64,000 nucleotides of DNA, taken from an uncultured Collinsella sp. (GTDB lineage Bacteria; Actinomycetota; Coriobacteriia; Coriobacteriales; Coriobacteriaceae). Under the pieces are notes generated by a model. It made no database searches. It was given only the letters and a program-made list of their open reading frames with translations, and was not told the DNA's origin. A program made the position numbers and the translations under genes. The stretch's first letter is position 1. Every line of letters begins with the position of its first letter. The stretch lies in assembly GCA_900542635.1 (NCBI GenBank), contig UQOJ01000005.1, positions 176 through 64,175 on the forward strand, in the 5' to 3' direction. Positions 41,028 to 49,322 of this stretch are shown piece after piece.

Positions 41028-42089
41028 ATGAAGGAGACCGAGAAGATCGAGATCATGCACTTCGACCAGGAGGGCTACCTCGAGGACGGCAGGAACGTCT
41101 ACGAGGCCGGCAAGAAGATGACCGCCCTGGCCGACCGCGTGCACGAGGAGGGCTACGACGCCGTCTTCCTGATGGGCGTCGGCGGCACCTGGGACGAGTT
41201 CATGCAGCTCGAGTACCTCATGAACAAGTTCGGCGACCGCGACCTCGAGGTCTACCTGATCCACGCCGCCGAGTGGAACGTCATGGGCCACAAGCGCATG
41301 ACCGACAGGTCCGTCGTGCTGACCGCCTCCGAGTCCGGCACCACCCCCGAGGTGCTCGAGGCCGTCGGCAAGATGAGGGAGATGGGCGTGCGCGTCTTCG
41401 CCATGACCAACCCCGAGGGCAAGATCGGGCAGGCCGTGGGCGCCGAGAACTGCGTCATGATGGCCTCCGACCACGGCGCCGGCGGCTGCGAGAAGGGCTA
41501 CTACCTCGCCGACTGCTTCGGCCTGCGCCTGCTCAACCGCCGCGGCTGCTTCCCCAAGTTCGACCTGTTCATCGAGCAGACGAAGGACGTCTGGAAGGAC
41601 ATGCTCGACATCCGCAAGCGCTTCGAGCCGCGCGCCGAGGAGCTCGCCAGGAAGTACGCGCTGGCCGACTACACCATGTTCATCGGCTCGGGCGCGCTGT
41701 GGGGCGAGACCATCCTGTACTCCATGTGCCTGCTCGAGGAGATGCAGTGGAAGCGCATCCGCCACATCACCTCGCACGACTTCTTCCACGGCACGCTCGA
41801 GCTGCTCGAGCCCGGCGTCCCGGTGTTCCTGTTCATGGGAGAGGACGAGTGCCGCGCCCTCGACGAGCGCGTCCGCGCCTTCCTCACCAGCGGCGTGACC
41901 GGCGACGAGGACTACGTCATCATCGACACCGCCGAGTACGCGATCCCGGGCCTGGACGACGACTTCCGCGTCATCGTGTCGCCGTGGATCCTGTCCGTGC
42001 TGACCACCGACCGCCTCGCGCGCAACTACGAGCTGGTCACCAAGCACAACCTCAAGTACCGCCGCTACTACCACCAGTTCGACTACTAA
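41028..42089 (+). CDS. SIS-domain sugar-phosphate isomerase/deglycase (FrlB/GfrE/AgaS-like), copy 1
   Basis: Two SIS-type segments (VFLMGVGGTWDE..., TASESGTTPEV, MFIGSGALWGE). ATG at 41028 follows AAAGGAGCGGGA. Identical to 46178-47239. Confidence 0.8.
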   Translation: MKETEKIEIMHFDQEGYLEDGRNVYEAGKKMTALADRVHEEGYDAVFLMGVGGTWDEFMQLEYLMNKFGDRDLEVYLIHAAEWNVMGHKRMTDRSVVLTASESGTTPEVLEAVGKMREMGVRVFAMTNPEGKIGQAVGAENCVMMASDHGAGGCEKGYYLADCFGLRLLNRRGCFPKFDLFIEQTKDVWKDMLDIRKRFEPRAEELARKYALADYTMFIGSGALWGETILYSMCLLEEMQWKRIRHITSHDFFHGTLELLEPGVPVFLFMGEDECRALDERVRAFLTSGVTGDEDYVIIDTAEYAIPGLDDDFRVIVSPWILSVLTTDRLARNYELVTKHNLKYRRYYHQFDY

Positions 42090-42110
42090 TTTCATTTGGG
42101 GGAAACCGCA

Positions 42111-42530
42111 ATGAGGCAATACATCTTCGCCAGCCACGCGCATTTTGCGACCGGCATCAAGGAGAGCACCGAGCTGCTCTCGGGCGCGCGCGATAACGTC
42201 CACGACCTGTCGATGTTTGTCGACGGCCGCACCGACGTCGCCGAGGAGGCCGCCAAGCTCCTGGCGACCTTCGACCCCGCCGACGACGTAATCGTGTGCA
42301 CCGACCTGTTTGGCGGCAGCGTCAACAACGAGTTCACCAAGATCGTCCAGACGCGCCCCAACACCTACCTGGTTGCCAACATGAATCTGCCGCTGCTGAT
42401 CCAGCTGCTCTTTTCGGACCAGGAGGCTCCCGCCGATCAGGTTATCCGCGAGATCCTCGCGGCTGACGACACGCGCGTCAAGTTTGTCAACGACCTGCTG
42501 ACCGATGCGGATGACGAGGAAGAGTTCTAG
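42111..42530 (+). CDS. PTS mannose-family EIIA
   Basis: YIFASHAHFATGIKES (His-containing N-terminus of EIIA-Man type). ATG at 42111 follows GGGGGAAACCGCA. Confidence 0.8.
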   Translation: MRQYIFASHAHFATGIKESTELLSGARDNVHDLSMFVDGRTDVAEEAAKLLATFDPADDVIVCTDLFGGSVNNEFTKIVQTRPNTYLVANMNLPLLIQLLFSDQEAPADQVIREILAADDTRVKFVNDLLTDADDEEEF

Positions 42531-42587
42531 TCACCGCCTGCTATTAATGGGGCCGGGTTTCCGGCATGAGACCTTTGGGGGTCAATC

Positions 42588-43070
42588 ATGATTCAACTGC
42601 TTCGCGTCGACCATCGTCTGCTTCATGGCCAGGTGGCCGTCTCTTGGGTCCAGGGCTTGGGCTCTGACTGCATCTTCTGCGTTGGCGACAAGGTTGCCAA
42701 CGATCCCGTCTGGAAGACTACGCTCAAGATGGGAAAGCCGGCCAACGTCAAGCTCGTCATCAAGGACATGGAGCACGCCATCGAGGCCATCAACTCCGGT
42801 GTTACCGATAAGTACAAGATGATCATCTGCGTCGCCAGCATCGCCGAGGCCAAGCAGCTTGTCGACGGTTGCCCGCAGATCACCTCCATCAACCTGGGCA
42901 ACACCAAGTCCAAGGACGAGCAGCGTCCCGATGCCCGTAAGATCTCCCGCCAGATCTTTGTGACTGCTGCCGAGGAAGAGGACATTCGCGAGCTCGTCGG
43001 CCGCGGTGTCGAGGTCGAGATTCGCGCTCTGGCCGACGACCCCAAGGTCGATGCCCTAAGCGCCCTCTAA
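42588..43070 (+). CDS. PTS mannose/sorbose-family EIIB
   Basis: LLRVDHRLLHGQV phosphorylation-site motif. Confidence 0.88.
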   Translation: MIQLLRVDHRLLHGQVAVSWVQGLGSDCIFCVGDKVANDPVWKTTLKMGKPANVKLVIKDMEHAIEAINSGVTDKYKMIICVASIAEAKQLVDGCPQITSINLGNTKSKDEQRPDARKISRQIFVTAAEEEDIRELVGRGVEVEIRALADDPKVDALSAL

Positions 43071-43183
43071 TTGGGAACCACGGGCGGCGCGCACGGCGCC
43101 GCCCCTATTCGTGGGCGTACCGGATAAACGCTTTACCCGTTACCCCCATCTACCGTTCACCGGGAGTACACGCCCGTTGAGCG

Positions 43184-43226
43184 ATTGGTATTAAATAGTT
43201 TTCTCATGACTATATAATTGGTATCA
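43184..43226. promoter_or_regulatory. ATTGGTATTAAATA / ATAATTGGTATCA motif pair upstream of EIIC (candidate operator)
   Basis: The same pair recurs, with nearly the same spacing, at 46084-46128. Confidence 0.5.
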
Positions 43227-43364
43227 AATCATTTGCACCGGTTTAGGTGTTAACAGCACACCGGTACAAGCTGGATCTGTCTAGGCGATTGTCGGTATGG
43301 AAAAGGGCGCGCTGACAAGTCGGGAATCGCCGCACGGATCCAAGAGGGATCAAAGGGAGGAACA

Positions 43365-44138
43365 ATGCTTGTTCAAGCGATCCTCATCGGACTTATCGCT
43401 GCCTTCGGTAAGCTCGATTATCAGCTCGGTACGCTCTATGCGTTCCGCCCGATCGTTCTGTGCCCGCTCGTCGGCATAGTCCTCGGGGACCCGCAGTCCG
43501 GCCTCGCCATCGGTGCGAGCCTCGAGCTGCTCTTCATGGGTTCAATCTCCATCGGCGCTTACGTGCCGCCCGATGAGTGTATTGGCGGTGTGCTCGCCTG
43601 CGCCTTCGCTATTCAGCTGGGTCAGAGCACCGAGGCCGCTATCGCGCTCGCGATGCCCATCGCCACTCTGTGCCTGGCCATTAAGAACGTCGTCAACGCC
43701 GGTATGCCCCTTCTGGTCGACCGTGCCGACGTCTTTGCCAGCAAGGGTAACCTCAAGGGTATCTACGCTATGCACTGGATTATCGGTCTCGTGATTGTCG
43801 TCCTGGCCTTTATCCTGTGCTCGGTCTCCTTCTATCTGGGTGCCGACGCCGTTCAGGGCCTGCTCGACTTCATCCCGACGTTCGTCCTCGATGGCTTTGG
43901 CGTCGCAGCCAACATCCTGCCTGCCATGGGCTTCGCCATGCTCGGCCGTCTGGTGCTTACCAAGCAGCTCGTGCCGTTCTACTTCCTGGGCTTCCTGCTG
44001 TGCTCCTATGCCAACGTGCCCGTCCTCGGCGTCGCCCTGATCGCAATCATCATCGGCATCGACAAGTACGACCTGCTGGGCCTTGGTGGCGCCCAGTCCC
44101 AGCTTTCTGTGGAAGGGGATGAGGACGATGACTTCTAA
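43365..44138 (+). CDS. PTS mannose-family EIIC
   Basis: Polytopic 257 aa; N-terminus LVQAILIGLIAAFGKLD is typical of IIC-Man. Confidence 0.85.
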   Translation: MLVQAILIGLIAAFGKLDYQLGTLYAFRPIVLCPLVGIVLGDPQSGLAIGASLELLFMGSISIGAYVPPDECIGGVLACAFAIQLGQSTEAAIALAMPIATLCLAIKNVVNAGMPLLVDRADVFASKGNLKGIYAMHWIIGLVIVVLAFILCSVSFYLGADAVQGLLDFIPTFVLDGFGVAANILPAMGFAMLGRLVLTKQLVPFYFLGFLLCSYANVPVLGVALIAIIIGIDKYDLLGLGGAQSQLSVEGDEDDDF

Positions 44139-44952
44139 TTCCGAGAACCAGATTACTCGCTCCGACCTCATTAAGAGCGCCGTGAACACCGGCGCCCTGG
44201 GCATGGAATTCTCCTGGACCTACTACAAGCAGATGAACATTGCCTTCTGCCTGATGGTCGCCAACATGCTCAAGAAGATCTATGCCGGCCGTCCCGATGA
44301 TTACGCCGAGGCCTTGCACCGTCACAGCGCATTCTTCAACATCACCCCGCAGCTCGCTCCCTTCGTGGGCGGCATCGCGATGGCCATGGAAGAAAAGGTC
44401 GCTCGTGGCGAGGTTGAGCCCGAGAGCGTCAACGACATCAAGGCCGCCCTCATGGGTCCGCTTTCCGGCCTGGGTGACTCCTTCTTCCTGTCCACCCTGC
44501 GCGTCGTCGCCGCTGCCGTGGGCATCAGCCTGTGCCAGGCCGGCAACGTCTTTGGCCCCATCGCCTTCCTGCTCGTCTACAACATCCCGGCGTTCCTGAT
44601 TCGTATCTTTGGCGCTATCAAGGGTTATGAGCTAGGCATTGGCTTCCTCGACGAGGCTCAGAAGACCGGCCTGATGCAAAAGATCATGGCCTGCGTCGGC
44701 ATTGTCGGCGTCATGGTCGTCGGCGCCATGAGCAAGGACATGTTCTGGGCTTCGTTGCCCATCGCCATTGGTCAGGGCGACTCCGCCCAGACTCTCCAGG
44801 ACATCCTGGACGGTATCATGCCCGGTATGCTCGGTATGGCCGCCTTCTGGCTCTACTACTGGCTGCTCTCCAAGAAGATCAACCCGATGGTCCTGATCCT
44901 CTGCACCATGGTCGTGGGCATCATCGGCGCTTACTTTGGCGTGCTTGCCTAA
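44128..44952 (+). CDS. PTS mannose-family EIID
   Basis: ITRSDLIKSAVNTGALGMEFSWTYYKQMNIAFCLMV...FFNITPQLAPFVGGI is typical of IID. Start chosen by SD spacing; overlaps the EIIC end. Confidence 0.85.
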   Translation: MTSNSENQITRSDLIKSAVNTGALGMEFSWTYYKQMNIAFCLMVANMLKKIYAGRPDDYAEALHRHSAFFNITPQLAPFVGGIAMAMEEKVARGEVEPESVNDIKAALMGPLSGLGDSFFLSTLRVVAAAVGISLCQAGNVFGPIAFLLVYNIPAFLIRIFGAIKGYELGIGFLDEAQKTGLMQKIMACVGIVGVMVVGAMSKDMFWASLPIAIGQGDSAQTLQDILDGIMPGMLGMAAFWLYYWLLSKKINPMVLILCTMVVGIIGAYFGVLA

Positions 44953-45064
44953 TATGTTCGAATCGCGCTTCCATCGCGTCTAACGGTTGCGTCGATCTTT
45001 GGGGGGCTTGTCGCATCTGCGGCGGCCCCCTGTTTTTTAAAACTCCGTACGAAAGGGGAGGGCT

Positions 45065-45910
45065 ATGGTCGTACCCGAGCTTTCGCTCATGAACATCAAC
45101 CATCGTTACTACAGCATCGAGACGTTTTTTAAGGCTGCAGGTGAGGCCGGCTATCGCAATATCGAGCTGTGGACCGGCTCGATGCACCTGTATGTGGATT
45201 GCCATGAGCACGATTCGGTGGATAAGATTCGCGATCTTGCCGCCCAATACGGTATCAAGATCGTGTGCGTGTGCCCCGAGCAGAACAACCCCAAGCCGTG
45301 GAACGTCGCGGTGCGCGGTGAGGCGGGCCAAAAACGCATCCTCTCGTACTTTAAGAATGTGATCGACGTTGCCGTTGAGTTGGGCGTGCCGCAGATTCTG
45401 GTGACGAGTGGTTGGGCCTATCTGGACGAGCCGGCTGAGGACGCCTGGGCCCGCAGCGTTGCCATGCTGCGCTCGGTGTGCGACTACGCCGATACGTGCG
45501 GCATTCGCGTCGCGCTCGAGGCCCTGCAGCCGTCGGAGTCCGTGTTGGTCAACACCGCACAGGATGTCGCGCGCATCCTCGAGGCGGTCGATCGTCCCAA
45601 CCTGAAGGCCTGTATCGACTTTGGCGCCATGGAAGTTGCCGGCGACACGATCGACGGCTACTTTGAGGTTTTGGGCGACAAGATCGTTCACACCCACTTT
45701 GTAGATGTGGGCGGCGGCACGACGCATCTTGCCTGGGGCGACGGCGAGCGTGATATGCGTGCCGACCTCGAGGCACTCATGCGTCACGGCTATACGGGCT
45801 ATGTCTCGGCCGAGACGTGTGATGGCCGCTACTATCAGGATCCGTCCAAGGCGACGACTCAGGTTATCGAGATGTATCGCCGTGTGACAGCGGAGATGGA
45901 AGCCGAATAA
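45065..45910 (+). CDS. xylose-isomerase-like TIM-barrel sugar (phosphate) epimerase/isomerase (FrlC-like)
   Basis: AP-endonuclease-2/XI-like TIM-barrel pattern (...IELW..., ALEALQP, HTHFVD). The FrlC analogy is inferred from context. Confidence 0.7.
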   Translation: MVVPELSLMNINHRYYSIETFFKAAGEAGYRNIELWTGSMHLYVDCHEHDSVDKIRDLAAQYGIKIVCVCPEQNNPKPWNVAVRGEAGQKRILSYFKNVIDVAVELGVPQILVTSGWAYLDEPAEDAWARSVAMLRSVCDYADTCGIRVALEALQPSESVLVNTAQDVARILEAVDRPNLKACIDFGAMEVAGDTIDGYFEVLGDKIVHTHFVDVGGGTTHLAWGDGERDMRADLEALMRHGYTGYVSAETCDGRYYQDPSKATTQVIEMYRRVTAEMEAE

Positions 45911-46083
45911 CTAAACTGCGCGGTTGCGCCGGAAACGCTTGGGCGGGTCTGGCGCAACGCTTTTATAGCTGGCGAGTTGTGGGGAACCCGTTGGCAGTAG
46001 CGCTCGAAATAGACAACTATTGGCGTTGTAATACCACTCGGGCGAGGAAACCGACCGTTCGCCGCAAATCTCCGTGAGTTTGG

Positions 46084-46128
46084 ATTGGTATTAAATAACA
46101 AGCAATCGTATGGCTATAATTGGTATCA
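46084..46128. promoter_or_regulatory. ATTGGTATTAAATA / ATAATTGGTATCA motif pair upstream of SIS copy 2 (candidate operator)
   Basis: Near-identical to 43184-43226. An inverted GTAATACCA lies at 46028-46036. Confidence 0.5.
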
Positions 46129-46177
46129 GCAAGAAGCGCGATGTATAGAATTGCGCACATGTGATGGGAGGACACAC

Positions 46178-47239
46178 ATGAAGGAGACCGAGAAGATCGA
46201 GATCATGCACTTCGACCAGGAGGGCTACCTCGAGGACGGCAGGAACGTCTACGAGGCCGGCAAGAAGATGACCGCCCTGGCCGACCGCGTGCACGAGGAG
46301 GGCTACGACGCCGTCTTCCTGATGGGCGTCGGCGGCACCTGGGACGAGTTCATGCAGCTCGAGTACCTCATGAACAAGTTCGGCGACCGCGACCTCGAGG
46401 TCTACCTGATCCACGCCGCCGAGTGGAACGTCATGGGCCACAAGCGCATGACCGACAGGTCCGTCGTGCTGACCGCCTCCGAGTCCGGCACCACCCCCGA
46501 GGTGCTCGAGGCCGTCGGCAAGATGAGGGAGATGGGCGTGCGCGTCTTCGCCATGACCAACCCCGAGGGCAAGATCGGGCAGGCCGTGGGCGCCGAGAAC
46601 TGCGTCATGATGGCCTCCGACCACGGCGCCGGCGGCTGCGAGAAGGGCTACTACCTCGCCGACTGCTTCGGCCTGCGCCTGCTCAACCGCCGCGGCTGCT
46701 TCCCCAAGTTCGACCTGTTCATCGAGCAGACGAAGGACGTCTGGAAGGACATGCTCGACATCCGCAAGCGCTTCGAGCCGCGCGCCGAGGAGCTCGCCAG
46801 GAAGTACGCGCTGGCCGACTACACCATGTTCATCGGCTCGGGCGCGCTGTGGGGCGAGACCATCCTGTACTCCATGTGCCTGCTCGAGGAGATGCAGTGG
46901 AAGCGCATCCGCCACATCACCTCGCACGACTTCTTCCACGGCACGCTCGAGCTGCTCGAGCCCGGCGTCCCGGTGTTCCTGTTCATGGGAGAGGACGAGT
47001 GCCGCGCCCTCGACGAGCGCGTCCGCGCCTTCCTCACCAGCGGCGTGACCGGCGACGAGGACTACGTCATCATCGACACCGCCGAGTACGCGATCCCGGG
47101 CCTGGACGACGACTTCCGCGTCATCGTGTCGCCGTGGATCCTGTCCGTGCTGACCACCGACCGCCTCGCGCGCAACTACGAGCTGGTCACCAAGCACAAC
47201 CTCAAGTACCGCCGCTACTACCACCAGTTCGACTACTAA
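46178..47239 (+). CDS. SIS-domain sugar-phosphate isomerase/deglycase (FrlB/GfrE/AgaS-like), copy 2
   Basis: Identical to 41028-42089 from ATG to TAA. SD GGGAGG lies upstream. Confidence 0.8.
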   Translation: MKETEKIEIMHFDQEGYLEDGRNVYEAGKKMTALADRVHEEGYDAVFLMGVGGTWDEFMQLEYLMNKFGDRDLEVYLIHAAEWNVMGHKRMTDRSVVLTASESGTTPEVLEAVGKMREMGVRVFAMTNPEGKIGQAVGAENCVMMASDHGAGGCEKGYYLADCFGLRLLNRRGCFPKFDLFIEQTKDVWKDMLDIRKRFEPRAEELARKYALADYTMFIGSGALWGETILYSMCLLEEMQWKRIRHITSHDFFHGTLELLEPGVPVFLFMGEDECRALDERVRAFLTSGVTGDEDYVIIDTAEYAIPGLDDDFRVIVSPWILSVLTTDRLARNYELVTKHNLKYRRYYHQFDY

Positions 47240-47290
47240 GAGCTGGTCACGGGTCCGATATCTTGGCTGGTTGATATCTCGATCCTGCAC

Positions 47291-47323
47291 AAGGGCGTCC
47301 GCAATTGCGCGGGTGCCCTTTTT
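47291..47323 (+). terminator. imperfect hairpin + T-run after SIS copy 2
   Basis: AAGGGC...GCAATTGC...GCCCTT followed by TTTTG. Confidence 0.6.
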
Positions 47324-47501
47324 GCGTTGTGACAAGAGACTGCTGCTAACCGCTTGCCCTATGTTTCCAAATGAATACGGTGTGAGCCGAGGAGGACGAT
47401 TCTCCCCGCAAACACTCTAGTATGCTAAAGTACCCAGAAGACCGGCGGAGCTATGCCGGTCTTCTGCTCTATATGAAACACAGCATGAGGAGGCTCACCA
47501 G

Positions 47502-49217
47502 ATGACGGCCACACCGTGGGGATTCCGGGACATATTGCCCGAGGAGGCTCAGGCGCGCGAGGAGATTGCGCTGACGGTGAAGGGCTGCTTTAGGGAGCAT
47601 CATTACCTTCCGGTCGAGACGCCACTGCTCGAGGACAAGGGTTCGCTCGAGGAGGGCGGCCGCATTGCGGACACGCCGTTTAAGCTCTTTGACGATGATG
47701 GCCGCCTGCTGGTGGTCCGTCCCGACAACACATTGCCGATCGTGCGTCTGGTTTCGACCCGCATGCGCGCGGCCGACCTGCCCCTACGCCTTCGCTACGA
47801 GGCGCCGGTGGTTCGCGAGTGCCAGCGCAATGCCGGTGGCTCGCGTCAGTTTACACAGCTGGGCTTTGAGCTTATCGGTGCGGGCGATACCGCGGGCGAT
47901 GTCGAAATCGTCTCGCTCGTGGCCGAGGCCGTGCGTAAGCTGGCACTGCCCGATGCGCGCATTATCGCGGGTAGCGTGCGTCCGTTTAAGGAACTGCTCG
48001 CGGCGTGCGAGGATCGCGAGCTGGCCTCTGAGGCCCTGCGCTGCGTGCACGCCAACGACTTTGTGGGCCTCGATGCCCGCGTGGCGGCAAGCACCGAGTC
48101 CGATGCCGTCAAGGCCGCCATTAGCGAGCTGCCGCGTCTGCACGGCGGTGCCGAGGTGCTCGACCGCGTGGACGCGCTGCTGGAGGCTGCCGGTATCGTC
48201 GCGCCGCTGACGCGCGAGCTGCGTGCCCTGGTCGAGGGCCTGGCACCCGAGGACGCCCAGGTGCTGTCGTTTGACTTCTCTATCATGAACTCTTTCGATT
48301 ACTACACGGGCCTGGTCTTTAAGGCTTATGCCGGCGGACTGCCCGATCCGGTCGGTTCGGGCGGACGCTATGACTCCATCTTTACCGGCGCATTTGGCGA
48401 CGGTATCGAGGTGCCGGCGGCGGGCTTCGCCTTTTCGCTCGAGCGCCTGGAGGCCGCGCGCACCTCGGCCGAGGATGCCGCTTCCGACGGCGATCACGCC
48501 GCGGACCGTGGCGCCGAGGGTCCGCTGCGTATCGCCGTGCCCAAGGGCTCGCTTAAGGCCGACACCCTTGACGTGCTCGAGGCAACGGGCTTAGACGTCT
48601 CCGAGCTGCGCGATCCCGGCCGTCACCTGATCGTGCGCGGCCGCGACACGCGTGCCGGCGAGGGCGCGGTCGGCGATATCGAGTTTGTCATCGTGCGTCC
48701 CAGCGATGCGCCTGCCTTTGTGGGCTGCGGTGGTGCCGATTGCGGCATCTGCGGTTGGGACTCGCTCATCGAGGCGGACCTCAACCTGCTGCAGCTGGTC
48801 GACCTGGGCTATGGCCTGTGCACCTTTATCGAGGCGGAGCCCGCGTGGCGCGCCGGTCAGGCCGAGCGCAACTATGCCCGCCGCGGTTCGTTTCGCGTGG
48901 CCACCAAGTACCCGCGCATCGCGAGCGCGTGGTATGCCGAGCGCGGCGTGAATGCCGACATCGTTTCGCTGCACGGTAACATCGAGCTGGGCCCCATCGT
49001 CGGTATGACCGACCGTATCGTGGACATTACCGCCACGGGCGCCACGTTGCGCGACAACGACCTGGTCATCACTGGCCGCATTATGGACTGTACGGCCCGC
49101 TTCTTCGTCAACCCAGGTGCCGCGCGCATGGATCCGCGCGTTCGCAACCTGGCGGATCGCCTGGCAGCTGCCGTGAAGGACAAGCATTTTGAGCCCGTCG
49201 CGGGCTCGGCACAATAG
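47502..49217 (+). CDS. hisG: HisZ (regulatory subunit) fused to short-form ATP phosphoribosyltransferase HisG
   Basis: aa 1-~325 are a HisRS paralogue (GFRDILPEEA..., RYEAPVVR, GGRYD). aa ~340-560 are HisG-S (LRIAVPKGSLKADTLDVL..., DLVDLGYG, GPIVGMTDRIVDITATGATLRDN). No stop codon between the two. Confidence 0.85.
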   Translation: MTATPWGFRDILPEEAQAREEIALTVKGCFREHHYLPVETPLLEDKGSLEEGGRIADTPFKLFDDDGRLLVVRPDNTLPIVRLVSTRMRAADLPLRLRYEAPVVRECQRNAGGSRQFTQLGFELIGAGDTAGDVEIVSLVAEAVRKLALPDARIIAGSVRPFKELLAACEDRELASEALRCVHANDFVGLDARVAASTESDAVKAAISELPRLHGGAEVLDRVDALLEAAGIVAPLTRELRALVEGLAPEDAQVLSFDFSIMNSFDYYTGLVFKAYAGGLPDPVGSGGRYDSIFTGAFGDGIEVPAAGFAFSLERLEAARTSAEDAASDGDHAADRGAEGPLRIAVPKGSLKADTLDVLEATGLDVSELRDPGRHLIVRGRDTRAGEGAVGDIEFVIVRPSDAPAFVGCGGADCGICGWDSLIEADLNLLQLVDLGYGLCTFIEAEPAWRAGQAERNYARRGSFRVATKYPRIASAWYAERGVNADIVSLHGNIELGPIVGMTDRIVDITATGATLRDNDLVITGRIMDCTARFFVNPGAARMDPRVRNLADRLAAAVKDKHFEPVAGSAQ

Positions 49218-49322
49218 CGCGAGCGCGCACGGGCGCCCCAACGTACGGGCTGCGGGCCGACTGGTGCCGCTGCCCAGTCGCTCGTTTTTCGAACACAACC
49301 TCGACCGATAGGGGATACCGAT

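Noticed and set aside
40908-42203. 431-aa minus-strand ORF and its twin at 46091-47335, plus the +1-frame ORFs 40943-42196 and 46423-47274
   Set aside because: All are alternative frames of the SIS gene. With nearly every third position G/C, stop codons are absent in several frames. Their translations are Arg/Gly/His/Asp-rich nonsense. They were useful only as proof that the two copies are identical.
47324-47501. His-leader attenuator or T-box upstream of the his operon
   Set aside because: There is no run of His codons in any small ORF and no T-box consensus or specifier-loop layout. Only a 12-bp hairpin, CAGAAGACCGGC/GCCGGTCTTCTG (47435-47466), is present, and it has no U-tract. The evidence is insufficient.
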